Below, in pieces: positions 9,090 through 19,235 of a DNA stretch of 64,000 nt. Positions within the stretch are counted from its first letter, which is position 1. Each line of letters begins with the position of its first letter. Source of the DNA: Candidatus Omnitrophota bacterium (GTDB lineage: Bacteria; Omnitrophota; Gorgyraeia; Aquiviventales; Aquiviventaceae); the NCBI GenBank assembly GCA_023247275.1, contig JAHFGT010000001.1:6265-70264 (forward strand). Reading direction: 5' to 3'. The position numbers and the translations under genes are program-made. The notes under the pieces were generated by a model. It had not been told where the DNA came from and made no database searches. It saw nothing but the letters and a program-made list of their open reading frames with translations.

Positions 9090-9800
9090 CTAACTTGGGT
9101 CTTTCAGTTGCCGGAAGAGGTCATAGTACCCGGAGAGCTTGGCGCGAAACAGCCATGGATTCCGGTCCCGGTCAGTCACCTTAATGCGGCGCAAGGCAAA
9201 TCGATCGATGCCTCGCACCGGCGACAGCCGGTTGGTGGTAAATGCAGCCCCATACCCTGCCGCGCGGATCGCCGCTTGAACGTGCGAACTGAACCCGCCA
9301 ACCGGATAACTGATAAACCTGATCGGCTGGCCCACCTGCTGCTCGATGATCCGCTTCGACTCCACGACTTCTTCTTGCAGCCGCTCACGTGGCACCGTTG
9401 GCAAATAGCTGTGATGCATCGTATGGCAGCCAATCACCATCCCGTCTTGGCCCATCTCGCACACCTGGCTCCACGTCGCGAACCCTTGCAGGCCAACCTC
9501 ACTGGGGGTAATAAACACCGTCGCTGGGAACCCGAACCGCTTCAGCCGCGGCCAGGCAATCGTGTAGGTCTCTTCATACCCATCGTCGAAGGTAATCGCC
9601 ACGCTGCGCCGGGGCCATGGAGCGCCTTGGTCGATGCACGTGGCCAGCTCCTCGGCGCTGAGCACACGATACTGCTCTCGTGCCAGAAACGCGAGTTGCC
9701 GTTCAAACGATTCTTCTGACACGGTGGGCACATGGTCGCCCTTCGACGACCCGACCCGGTGGTACCCTAGAATGGGCAGATAATAGCGCCAACGACTCAT
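9090..9800 (-). CDS. Polysaccharide deacetylase (CE4, IcaB-like)
   Basis: PILGYHRV, ITFDDGY, HTMHH, SYPVG; ATG 9800 overlaps the upstream stop. Confidence 0.9.
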   Translation of the reverse strand: MSRWRYYLPILGYHRVGSSKGDHVPTVSEESFERQLAFLAREQYRVLSAEELATCIDQGAPWPRRSVAITFDDGYEETYTIAWPRLKRFGFPATVFITPSEVGLQGFATWSQVCEMGQDGMVIGCHTMHHSYLPTVPRERLQEEVVESKRIIEQQVGQPIRFISYPVGGFSSHVQAAIRAAGYGAAFTTNRLSPVRGIDRFALRRIKVTDRDRNPWLFRAKLSGYYDLFRQLKDPS

Positions 9801-10594
9801 GCGGCGGTCTTCGCCTTCGATCCGATCACCAACACATACCGGCCACACGTCGCCGGCTCACCGAGTTGCAGCTCAAGATCCAACCACTGGGCTCGCTGCG
9901 CCTCGGTCAATGTCTGCGGGCTAATGCCAGTCAACCAGGACAACCGATCGATCGGGTATAGGTTGATCGCTGGGACATCAACCGACGCGTACAACTCGCG
10001 GAGTTGTTGTTCATCTTGCCAGTTGTAGTACTTGCTGTCTCGAAACGACCCTTCGCTATCGTGGAGGACGCGTGCCGCCGTGGGTAAATCATACAACCGA
10101 ACCGCTTCCAGCAGATAGTAAAATGTTGTCCGGTGAGACACGCACAGCAACCCTCCAGGCCGGACCGCACCGGCTAATGCGGCTAGCATCGGCCGGTACT
10201 GCGCCGACAAATACAACACTTCGGCGCAGACAACAATATCATAGCGGGATTCAGGCCTCTTACGCAGCACCTCCACCAGGTCGCCTCGGATGAGTTTGAG
10301 GTCCACCCCAGCGTGCTGGGCATGCTCTCTGGCTCGACGGATCGCAAACCCGGATGTATCAATCCCGGTCACGTGAAACCCGCGCTGAGCAAACCGTACC
10401 GCCAGCCGACCGGCCTGACATCCAGCCTCGAGCAGCGTGGCCGGTGACGTGAGCCCGGCGTTGGCCGCGTGGCGCAACACCCGTTCGAGATACAGCTGAG
10501 CAAACCATGCCTCATTCGCATCTGCATACATATCATAGTAATCTGGGTCATAGTCTGCCACGGTTCGGAGAATCTTCCGCACGGTCTTATGCAT
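9797..10594 (-). CDS. Class I SAM-dependent methyltransferase
   Basis: LLEAGCQAG, VTGIDTS, YDIVVCAEVL, VRPGGLL. Confidence 0.88.
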   Translation of the reverse strand: MHKTVRKILRTVADYDPDYYDMYADANEAWFAQLYLERVLRHAANAGLTSPATLLEAGCQAGRLAVRFAQRGFHVTGIDTSGFAIRRAREHAQHAGVDLKLIRGDLVEVLRKRPESRYDIVVCAEVLYLSAQYRPMLAALAGAVRPGGLLCVSHRTTFYYLLEAVRLYDLPTAARVLHDSEGSFRDSKYYNWQDEQQLRELYASVDVPAINLYPIDRLSWLTGISPQTLTEAQRAQWLDLELQLGEPATCGRYVLVIGSKAKTAA

Positions 10595-12440
10595 CACGCC
10601 GCTGTTCCCACCGCTTGACGTGTGTCACAAACGTCCCATAGGCTACCAACACGCTCCTGAACCATCCTGGCCAGCCGGCCTGGTATCCCTGTTCCCTGAC
10701 ATAGGTCTGCCAGAAGGTGATGGCCGGGCGCACCCAGAGTCGGCGCGCCAGATTCTGCTGGGGCGTGTCCGCGCCGGTCGCGGCCTCAATGGTGGAACCC
10801 TGATTCATCCGGACCAGATAGCCATCCACCGTCAAGCGCTCATGGGCGAACAGCCCGTGTGGCATCCTGGTCAGTTCCCAGCACTTGGCCGTGTTGATCA
10901 CATGCGTCCAGCTGTTCTGCAGCGCCATCACGCGCCCGTAGACGCCGTCGCGAAATCCCTGTTTCTTGACGTACAGCTTCCAAAATAGCTTGCCCGGACG
11001 TAGGACCCCACGGTACCACAGGTCCCACCGGCTGAACCGCTCGCCGGATTCAGCCCACTGTTGCGCGGCCAAACTGGTATACCGGTTCACCTTGCCGACA
11101 AACTCCTCGAATCGGTCGCAGAACCAGTGTTCGATGTCTGCGTGCAGCACTCCCAGCGGTTCTGGCACATTGGGCCGTTCATGCACCCGCCCCACATACC
11201 GGGCCTTCGAGCGCCGCAGCACATGCGGAATGTAATGGGTCCATGCGCCATAGGCCAGCCGGTGGCCTAAAAACACGCTTTGCCGACGGAACTTGTACGC
11301 ATCGTAGCGTCCATCATCCGTGCGAAGCAGTTGTTCGACCGCTTGCCGCATCTGCGGGGTGACCACATCGTCCGCATCGAGCTGCAGCACCCACTCGCCG
11401 GTCGCGGCATCCAGGCCGGCATTGCGTTCGTCCGCAAAACTTCCACTGAACCGCCGCTGAATCACGCGAGCGCCGTGCTGGCGAGCGATCTCTACGGTGC
11501 GGTCCTCGCTCAGCCCATCCACAACGACGATGTCGTCCACCCACGATAGATGGGAGAGGCATCGGGCGATCCGGCGCTCCTCGTTCTTCGTGAGGATCAC
11601 CACGGACAGACGACTGCGCGCGGCGGGTTGCTGCTGTTGCCCATTGGATTCACCCGACGCAGATGGCGATGCCTGTTGCCTCACCTGCGCGTCCCGGGAA
11701 TCGCGCGGATACCACCCTCGCCAGGCTCCGGCCCGAATCGTAACCAGTTCTTGCAGTGACCGGACGGCATCTCGAATCACGTGCACCTTCGACGACTCAT
11801 CGTTGGACCACACCACCGGCACTTCCTTGATTCGATAGCCGAGGCGGTGCGCGATGAACAAGATTTCTGCGTCAAACCCCCACCCCTCGATGCGTTGCCG
11901 GTCGAAGATCTCGCGCGCCGTCGGGGCGTGGAAGCACTTGAATCCACACGTGATGTCCGTCACCCCAACGGTGAGCAGCTGGTTCGTCAGCCAGGTAAAC
12001 ACTTTTCCCATGAACTCGCGGAGCGGCGGCTGATGAACGCGCACCTGCGCGCCGGCCATTTTCCGCGATCCAATGACCAGGTCATACCCCTGCTCCAGCC
12101 ACGGCGCGCATTTGGCCCACTCCTCAATGCGGGTGGAATGATCAGCGTCCATAAAGAGGATCCGCTGGCCCTGCGCGGCCAAGACCCCGCGCTTGACCGC
12201 CGCTCCTTTGCCGGCGTGCGGTCCGCCCACCACGCGAATCGGAAATCGATCGGCCAGCTCGCGCACAATCATCAGCGTGGAATCGGTACTGCCATCATCC
12301 GCCACGACCATTTCATGCGTCAGTCGTCGCGCGGTGAGATAGGCGCTTACCGATTTCACGGTTGACGCGATCGCGGCTGACTCATTAAAGGCCGGGATCA
12401 CCACCGACAGGTACGGCTGAGGACAACCTTCAACGGTCAT
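10587..12440 (-). CDS. Two-domain GT2 fusion: polyprenol-phosphate glycosyltransferase (DPM/ALG5-like) plus WaaE/KdtX-like GT2
   Basis: N-terminal: LSVVIPAFNE, GKGAAV, FMDAD, DITCGFKCF, GWGFDAE. C-terminal: LSVVILTKNEE, LDADD, VHE. Confidence 0.88.
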   Translation of the reverse strand: MTVEGCPQPYLSVVIPAFNESAAIASTVKSVSAYLTARRLTHEMVVADDGSTDSTLMIVRELADRFPIRVVGGPHAGKGAAVKRGVLAAQGQRILFMDADHSTRIEEWAKCAPWLEQGYDLVIGSRKMAGAQVRVHQPPLREFMGKVFTWLTNQLLTVGVTDITCGFKCFHAPTAREIFDRQRIEGWGFDAEILFIAHRLGYRIKEVPVVWSNDESSKVHVIRDAVRSLQELVTIRAGAWRGWYPRDSRDAQVRQQASPSASGESNGQQQQPAARSRLSVVILTKNEERRIARCLSHLSWVDDIVVVDGLSEDRTVEIARQHGARVIQRRFSGSFADERNAGLDAATGEWVLQLDADDVVTPQMRQAVEQLLRTDDGRYDAYKFRRQSVFLGHRLAYGAWTHYIPHVLRRSKARYVGRVHERPNVPEPLGVLHADIEHWFCDRFEEFVGKVNRYTSLAAQQWAESGERFSRWDLWYRGVLRPGKLFWKLYVKKQGFRDGVYGRVMALQNSWTHVINTAKCWELTRMPHGLFAHERLTVDGYLVRMNQGSTIEAATGADTPQQNLARRLWVRPAITFWQTYVREQGYQAGWPGWFRSVLVAYGTFVTHVKRWEQRRDA

Positions 12441-13972
12441 GGAGTCATCCGTGCAGACACGGCGGCAGGCCGCTGGTGATAGAGGATCACCCGTGGAGCA
12501 TTTAGCACCGTGGCGAAATGGTGTGAGCCAGGATCTTCGCGATTTTGCCAGTAGACATCCGGGGCATCCAGCTCAATACGATCATAGGTCGCTTCGATAC
12601 GCCGGAAATAGTCGCCGAAAAAAAATGCGGCTGGCGTCCACCCGCGGCGAAGCACAATCCATTCTGGATAGGTCTCCTCGGCAAAGGTTGAGGGACGTTC
12701 GACCGTCAGCGCGGTATAGAACAACACGGTCCGATCATCGTACGGAATCTTCACCCGATCGCCAGGATTCGCATGGGCGCGCAGATACGCGACGATCCCT
12801 TCCATCGGGCCGGTATACGCATGCGTCAGCTCATAGCCCAGGTCGACCAGCGGAACGTGCCAATGCGTCGACTGCAATCCGGTAGTGAACAGCGCCAGGA
12901 CGGTGAGCATCCCACCGATGAGCCGAGAACGTTGAATGAGATCCACCAGCCACAGCGCCTCCACGAACACCAGCAAGGGGAGCGTGGGAATCAAGTAGCG
13001 CATATGTCGTTGGTCTGGGATGAGCAGAAACACCAGTTGGGCGCTGATCATGAGGATGACAAACCATCGAGCCGGTGGCCGGATCTGCTGCCACAGTCTG
13101 GCCATGAGCACCTGCCGGCGCGCGCACCAGACGATCAGTCCACTGACCCCCATCGCCGCGATGGGGAGCAAGAACTTGTTGGTGATCCGGATGTAGTATT
13201 CCAGATGGTCGAACAGGCGTCGTGGGTCGACATGGCCCAAAAACGCGGGTCGATAGGTAAAGATCGCCCAGGGCAACGTGAACAGGCCGACGACGATCGC
13301 CCCGATCCAGCCCCACCGGCGCGTCTGCCATCGACCCCACCAACCCTGATGCAGGACAACAGCCACCACAGCAGGAATCCATAGTCCAAAATTAGTATGG
13401 AACAGCAAGACCAGCAACACACTGAGCCAGACCGCCAAGCTTCTGCGCGGGTGTTCGAGCAACGCCAGGTAGGTCTGGCAGATTCCCAAGAGCAGCACGG
13501 TCGTCAGCGCATAGTATCGGCATTGGCGCATGTGCAACAGAAAGGGGACCGAGCAGATGAGCAACGCGACACTGAGCCGTTGGACCCGCCGGTCAGGCAG
13601 CAGCCGACCAGCCAGACGCCAGGTGAGGTACAGGCTTAGCAGCCCGCACGCCGCAAAGGGCAACCGTGCGGTCCAGGTCGATTGACCAGCCACTGCGAAC
13701 ACCGCGGCCAGGAGATAAAAGGGTAACCACGGACTGTAGACCCAGGATTCGCCTGGCCCATATCCATGCGAGGTGATTTCGATATAACTTCGACCGTCAT
13801 ACGCCCGAGGATACCCCTGCGTCACCACCGCCCTGGCCAGCACCGCGGTCTCGGCTTCGTCTTGCCATAAGTAGCCATTGTCCAGATGGCCGAACAGCAA
13901 CCAACACGCGATGGCCAATAGCCCGACGATGACCCAGTCGATCCGGACACGACGCGCCTGGGTCTCACCCAT
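12437..13972 (-). CDS. GT-C fold (ArnT/PMT-like) membrane glycosyltransferase
   Basis: LWQDEAET after the first TM helix, ARLPFA, RQCRYY, RYLIP; many TM helices. Confidence 0.82.
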   Translation of the reverse strand: MGETQARRVRIDWVIVGLLAIACWLLFGHLDNGYLWQDEAETAVLARAVVTQGYPRAYDGRSYIEITSHGYGPGESWVYSPWLPFYLLAAVFAVAGQSTWTARLPFAACGLLSLYLTWRLAGRLLPDRRVQRLSVALLICSVPFLLHMRQCRYYALTTVLLLGICQTYLALLEHPRRSLAVWLSVLLVLLFHTNFGLWIPAVVAVVLHQGWWGRWQTRRWGWIGAIVVGLFTLPWAIFTYRPAFLGHVDPRRLFDHLEYYIRITNKFLLPIAAMGVSGLIVWCARRQVLMARLWQQIRPPARWFVILMISAQLVFLLIPDQRHMRYLIPTLPLLVFVEALWLVDLIQRSRLIGGMLTVLALFTTGLQSTHWHVPLVDLGYELTHAYTGPMEGIVAYLRAHANPGDRVKIPYDDRTVLFYTALTVERPSTFAEETYPEWIVLRRGWTPAAFFFGDYFRRIEATYDRIELDAPDVYWQNREDPGSHHFATVLNAPRVILYHQRPAAVSARMTP

Positions 13973-14786
13973 CCGCGCGAGAAGCAGATGATTCTCGATA
14001 CTTGGCGTACGAGACGAATTGGTACAGGCCGCCGAACACCGCCGCGAACAACCCCCAAAATCCGTCCCGGTAACCCTGCTTACCGATAAAACTTCGCACG
14101 AACCGATCGATGGTCCGCCACAACGCCTTGCCCAGTGTCACGCGACGTCCGTCACGTACCCACTTCTTGGCCTCTAGCGTGGTCTGCCGGTCCAGCTTCT
14201 GCAAAAAGTCACTGACGCCGCTGTACGAGAAGTGGACCAGGTCAGCGGTCAGCGTGCCCCACGTACCAGTCAGATCAGCTCGAGGATGCACCTCAGCTTC
14301 TTCCCATCGAAACATCGATTTGCGGAACAACTTCAGTTGCGCGCTCGGATACCACCCGCCGTACCGCAGCCAGTGACGCCCAAGATAGTTGCGACGCGGG
14401 ATGGCGTACCCGGCATGCGGACCATCCCCTTGCACCACCTGGGCGATCTGTCTCTGCAATTCCGGGGTCACCCGCTCGTCCGCATCAAGGCTCAACACCC
14501 AGTCATGCACCGCCTGGGCATACGCCCAATTGCGATGCCGACCTTCCATCTCCATCTTGCGTGTGAACACACGTGCGCCAAGCGACTGAGCCATGTGGAC
14601 GGTCGCATCCTGGCTTTCATCGTCAACGATGACCACATCATCAGCCCACCGGACGCTGCGCAGGCAGTCTTCAATCCGACGCGCCTCGTTCTTCGTGATC
14701 ACCACGACTGAGACCGGGTGTTTGTTCGAGCCAAGGGCTGCCGGATCGATCGCTGAGGGTTGTACGTTCATCGGCTGTTCAACCAT
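13965..14786 (-). CDS. GT2 glycosyltransferase (WaaE/KdtX-like, LPS)
   Basis: VSVVVITKNEA, VLSLDADERV, RRNYLG..LRYGGWYP, GYRDG. Confidence 0.9.
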   Translation of the reverse strand: MVEQPMNVQPSAIDPAALGSNKHPVSVVVITKNEARRIEDCLRSVRWADDVVIVDDESQDATVHMAQSLGARVFTRKMEMEGRHRNWAYAQAVHDWVLSLDADERVTPELQRQIAQVVQGDGPHAGYAIPRRNYLGRHWLRYGGWYPSAQLKLFRKSMFRWEEAEVHPRADLTGTWGTLTADLVHFSYSGVSDFLQKLDRQTTLEAKKWVRDGRRVTLGKALWRTIDRFVRSFIGKQGYRDGFWGLFAAVFGGLYQFVSYAKYRESSASRADG

Positions 14787-15891
14787 GGACGATCTCTCCG
14801 CCAGCAGGATTGGCCACGCCGGTCATCGAGAGATGAGTGGGCGACTCGACCTGAGCACGATGCACCGATGCGAAGCCTGCAAAGATGCGTTCCCAACTAG
14901 GTGTGCCGGTCACGATCCGGTGAAACCGTTTTTTCTTCGTCAGCACCCAAGCCAGGATCTTCACGGCACGACCGAGAGAGGAGATCATCTTGGGCACGAT
15001 ATGGAGATGCCGCGGCAACCGATCCGTCGTCGGATCGATCCCAACGACCCAGACCTTATGCCCCCTGTTGGCCAGTTCGCGAATCTGCTCAGGCAACGGA
15101 TCCGGCAACCTGGCCTGCTTCCGTCCGAGGATCCAAGCGATCCGCTGCGGCTTGGCCTGCGGCCACTTGTGGTAAAACCGATTCGCATTGTCAGCAAACC
15201 GCTGATCACGGCTCGGGTCCTGTTTCATCGTCGCGCTGCCATGGTGCCAGACATACGCCCGCTCGGCCACGGCGCAATGAAATCCGGCTTGTCGGACGCG
15301 CAGCGAATAGTCTGCATCCTCGAAATACATGAACTGAAACTCCTCATCGAGGCCGCCGACGGCCTTCAGCACAGGCTGGGGAATCAGCAGGCAAAACCCC
15401 ACACCCCCCCAATGCTCGATCCAGGCATGGGGCTGGTGGCGACATTGCTCGGCAACTGAATCGATCGATTGCTCGGGTTGCGGCGACACGCCGAACTCGT
15501 TGCTCATCGGGTTAATCAGGCCAAGCGATCGATCCGATTCCCCGACACGGATCATCTCCTCCAACCACCCATCGGTCACCAGGATATCGTTGTTCAACAA
15601 GCAAACCCATGGCGCGGTCGCGTTCGCTAACCCGGTATTCATCCCTACCGCATAGCCGTCGTTACGAGGTCGCCGGATCACTTCAACCTGCACCCAGGAG
15701 GTTCCGGTCACCTCATGTAAAAATGCCTGCGAGGCCTGATCCGTGCTGCCATTATCCACGATGATCAGCCGGACCGGCAGCTGGGTCGATTTCAAGATTC
15801 GCTCAACGCACGGTCGGGTCAAGTCGACTCGGTTCCATGTCAACAGAATGAGGTCACAGACGCGCGGAGCGTCAGGTGGGACCGGTATCAT
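14779..15891 (-). CDS. GT2 glycosyltransferase with extra C-terminal domain
   Basis: CDLILLTWN, VDNGS, LLNNDI, GFCLLI, FEDADY; ATG 15891 in a TGATG overlap. Confidence 0.88.
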   Translation of the reverse strand: MIPVPPDAPRVCDLILLTWNRVDLTRPCVERILKSTQLPVRLIIVDNGSTDQASQAFLHEVTGTSWVQVEVIRRPRNDGYAVGMNTGLANATAPWVCLLNNDILVTDGWLEEMIRVGESDRSLGLINPMSNEFGVSPQPEQSIDSVAEQCRHQPHAWIEHWGGVGFCLLIPQPVLKAVGGLDEEFQFMYFEDADYSLRVRQAGFHCAVAERAYVWHHGSATMKQDPSRDQRFADNANRFYHKWPQAKPQRIAWILGRKQARLPDPLPEQIRELANRGHKVWVVGIDPTTDRLPRHLHIVPKMISSLGRAVKILAWVLTKKKRFHRIVTGTPSWERIFAGFASVHRAQVESPTHLSMTGVANPAGGEIVHG

Positions 15892-17075
15892 CAACCCGGG
15901 TTCATCGCCAAGGGACGAGGTTGCCGCTGTCCGTACACCGTCTGGGCCTGGTTCAGATCGAGCAGTTGAGCGCGATGCACCCTGCGCAGTGCCGCCATCA
16001 TCCGTGCCCACCCAGCGGTCGGTGCCAAGATGAAATTAAACGGTTTCTTGCGCCGTCTGAGGATCCAGGCGGCCGCGGCCCATGGGGCCATTCGATGCGG
16101 AATGTGAAACCAATGGATATCCGCATGCGGCACCAACCCGACCGATTGAAACAACGTCTCCCCGGTCATACCGGACGGGATAGGACAGTAGACATAGACC
16201 ATGGTCCGTCGGCGAGCCCACTTCAGCAGACTGAGCAACCAATCCCGGAGCTCATCAGACCCAGGAACGATCGGCTCGAATCGTGGCCAGGCCAGCCGAA
16301 GTCGCTTGCCCCACCGCTCTTCGCACCACCGGCGGTTTCGCGCGAACAGCGCTTCGCGTTCTGGCATCTTGCTCACGGTCTGGTGTTCGGCATGGAACAC
16401 ATACGAGCCAGCCGCGACCACTGACTGGTACCCGGCCTGTTGAGCGCGCATACAGAAGTCTTCGTCTTCAAAGAAAATTCGCTCCACTTCTTCGTTCAAG
16501 CCGCCGATCCGGTCCATCACCTCGCGTTTAATCAGCATGCAAAATCCGATGCACATCCCGACCTCGGTATACCGGCCATGCAGCGACCGCCGACGCTCCG
16601 CGTACGTATCGAGCGAGATGCCGCGCCCTGGCCGATTGCCAAAGGTATTGCTCGTCGGGTTGACCACCCCAATGGTCGGATGGGTGGCGGCCACATAAAT
16701 CATCTCTCTGAGCCACCCGGTCGTAAAGCGCAGATCATTATTGAGCAGGCAGACATACGGCGCGCGAGATGCCCGGATCCCTTGGTTCATCCCGCGCGGG
16801 AACCCTTCATTCTGCTCGAGCTGCACCAGGGTCACGTCCTTAATCGCACCAGCCGGCCGCACCTGGCGTAACACCTCGCGCACAGGGGGTTCGCTGCCAT
16901 TGTCCACAATGACCAGCCGCGTGGGGAGCTTGGTGCACTGAAACAGGCTCTCCAGACAGGGCTGAGTCTGTTCAAGGTGGTTCCAACTCAGGAGAATCAG
17001 ATCACACAGCGGTTGATTCCGATTTCCTGTATGGACAGGATGCGTTAGCCGCTGCAAGGTCTCCGGGCTGTTCAT
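15891..17075 (-). CDS. GT2 glycosyltransferase, paralogue of the downstream gene
   Basis: CDLILLSWN, VDNGS, LLNNDL, GFCMLI, FEDEDF. Confidence 0.88.
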   Translation of the reverse strand: MNSPETLQRLTHPVHTGNRNQPLCDLILLSWNHLEQTQPCLESLFQCTKLPTRLVIVDNGSEPPVREVLRQVRPAGAIKDVTLVQLEQNEGFPRGMNQGIRASRAPYVCLLNNDLRFTTGWLREMIYVAATHPTIGVVNPTSNTFGNRPGRGISLDTYAERRRSLHGRYTEVGMCIGFCMLIKREVMDRIGGLNEEVERIFFEDEDFCMRAQQAGYQSVVAAGSYVFHAEHQTVSKMPEREALFARNRRWCEERWGKRLRLAWPRFEPIVPGSDELRDWLLSLLKWARRRTMVYVYCPIPSGMTGETLFQSVGLVPHADIHWFHIPHRMAPWAAAAWILRRRKKPFNFILAPTAGWARMMAALRRVHRAQLLDLNQAQTVYGQRQPRPLAMNPG

Positions 17076-18235
17076 GGGGTTGGCGAGCTCACGTTCGGGC
17101 GAGCCACACGTGCGGGAGCGTGCTCTCCACTCACCAACCCGAATCGCTCAAGTTCTTGCGCAGCCGACTCCACACGATCCTGCGCCACTTGTTCTGTGCC
17201 CCACTCGACCAGCTTGCGCAGTCCATCTTTGAGCACCACCTTGGGCTGAAACCCGATCGACCGAATCGCGGAGATATCCGCGGCGCAATGACGGATGTCG
17301 CCGGCCCTGAACTTGTGCGTCGGGGTCACTTGGACGTCGACCTGGTACAGCTCAGCCAACAGCCGGGCAATGTCACGGATCGTCACCGGATGTCCGGTCC
17401 CCACATTGAATACCTGGTCATCGGCGCGCGGGTCGGCCATCACGAGCAGGTTGGCCTGCACAATATCGCTCACATGGATGAAATCGCGCGACTGTTGCCC
17501 ATCTTCATACACTAACGGCGGGCGCCCGTTTTTGATTTGAGCCGAGAAGATGGCGCACACCCCGGTGTACGGATTCGACAGCGCTTGCCGCGGGCCGTAC
17601 ACATTAAAGTATCGTAACGCCACCGTCGGAATCCGGTAGCTGCGACCCACCGACAAGCACAGCTCTTCCTGATCGCGCTTCGACACCGCATAGACCGACG
17701 TCGGAGCCAACGGCTTGGATTCTGCGGTGGGGACCGGTGTGGCCGGCTGGTGGCACTGGGGGCAGTCCATCTCCCACCGGTGCTGCGCGAGCTGCGCATC
17801 GGATCGCAATGAGGGAAATACCGGCCCGCACTGCGCGCAACGATACGGTCCTTCCCCATAGATGCTCATCGAACTGGCGACGATCAGCTTTTTTGGCCGG
17901 AGCTGATCGTTGACGATCACATCAAGGAGCACCGCGGTCCCCAGCACGTTGGCCGCGACATACTTCTCGATCTGGTACATGGATTGCCCGACCCCGACCG
18001 CCGCCGCTTCGTGGAAGACCACGTCCATTTGGGCCAGCGCTCGACGCACGGCCTGGCGGTCCCGCACATCGGCGCGCAGGTACTCAGCGCGCGGATTGAG
18101 ATACGTGGGGGGCGTTGTCCCATGCACCTGTGGCTCGAAACTGTCCAGCACGCGGACCTGATGGCCTTGCGCGATCAACGCATCCACCAGATGCGATCCA
18201 ATAAATCCTGCGCCTCCGGTCACGAGAATCTTCAT
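17072..18235 (-). CDS. NAD-dependent nucleotide-sugar epimerase/dehydratase
   Basis: MKILVTGGAGFIGSH, ASSMSIYGEG, YAVSK, RYFNVYG, GDIRHC. Confidence 0.92.
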   Translation of the reverse strand: MKILVTGGAGFIGSHLVDALIAQGHQVRVLDSFEPQVHGTTPPTYLNPRAEYLRADVRDRQAVRRALAQMDVVFHEAAAVGVGQSMYQIEKYVAANVLGTAVLLDVIVNDQLRPKKLIVASSMSIYGEGPYRCAQCGPVFPSLRSDAQLAQHRWEMDCPQCHQPATPVPTAESKPLAPTSVYAVSKRDQEELCLSVGRSYRIPTVALRYFNVYGPRQALSNPYTGVCAIFSAQIKNGRPPLVYEDGQQSRDFIHVSDIVQANLLVMADPRADDQVFNVGTGHPVTIRDIARLLAELYQVDVQVTPTHKFRAGDIRHCAADISAIRSIGFQPKVVLKDGLRKLVEWGTEQVAQDRVESAAQELERFGLVSGEHAPARVARPNVSSPTP

Positions 18236-18386
18236 CCCACCACCTGCCGGCGGCGCGCCCGCAGCGCAACGACGGGGTCGCGCGCCGGGAACGTGCGCCA
18301 TTCAGCACGATAGGCGGGTCTTGAGCGGCTCATCGAATCTCCGTGAAACGTTCCTGACCGCCATCGGCGGTCACCAGCAGGGGGGA

Positions 18387-19235
18387 TCATGCGAGTGGTC
18401 GCGACTCCTTCTCTATGGTCGACACGATCTGTTGGGCACGCTGGCGGTAGGTGTGGTGCTGCAACACGCACGCCTGGCCGGCCGCAGCAATCCGCTCCCG
18501 TTCCTGGTCATGCTGCAGGTAGTACGCCAAGAGCTGAAACAGTTCCTGCGGGGTGTGATACACCACCAGCTCTTGCCGATCATGGAATCCCAGCAACTCA
18601 TAATCTCCATCGCCCAGCGCGTTGGTCAGCAACAAGCGGCCAGCGGCCAGGATTTCATACACCCGCATACTGACATGATCTTTGAGCGGGCTGGTCCGCT
18701 CGATATAGTGGAATCCGATCTTGGCCTGGCTGTACATCGAGGCCATCTGCGTGTGCGGCGCCCTGCCGATGAAGCTGTTCGGATACCGCTCGCGCAGTTC
18801 CTGGAGATACAATTTCCTCGGCACGCCGCCATCATTGCCGACAAAGGCGACATCGTACCGCACCGGTTGACCGGTCCCGCGATGAACCTGAGGATCACAG
18901 GCGAGCGGCACCCAGACCGCTCGCCGGAGCTGCTGGGCCGCCTGGCGCTGCGCGCAAAACACCTTATCATACCATGTTGCCTGCCGCTGGATCGACCGCC
19001 ATGCGTGCGCCAGGTGGGTATCCACCACATAGAACCCGGCCGGCCGCAGCCGGCGCGGCAGGTCGCACGCATAATCGCCATGGTCGATCCGCAAATGTAG
19101 CTGGTATCCGCCTGGGCACTGTTCGGCTGACACGGTACTGAAATGATCCACCTGATGACCCAGGTCGGTGAACGCCCGGTGAAAATAGTCCCCAATGGTG
19201 CCAGGCGATGGATTGTAAAATAACGCGAGCCTCAT
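18387..19235 (-). CDS. CgeB/YkvP-like glycosyltransferase
   Basis: WVPLACDP, YDVAFVG, YSQAKIGF, MRVYEILAAG, ERERIA..G...HTY..R. Confidence 0.82.
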   Translation of the reverse strand: MRLALFYNPSPGTIGDYFHRAFTDLGHQVDHFSTVSAEQCPGGYQLHLRIDHGDYACDLPRRLRPAGFYVVDTHLAHAWRSIQRQATWYDKVFCAQRQAAQQLRRAVWVPLACDPQVHRGTGQPVRYDVAFVGNDGGVPRKLYLQELRERYPNSFIGRAPHTQMASMYSQAKIGFHYIERTSPLKDHVSMRVYEILAAGRLLLTNALGDGDYELLGFHDRQELVVYHTPQELFQLLAYYLQHDQERERIAAAGQACVLQHHTYRQRAQQIVSTIEKESRPLA

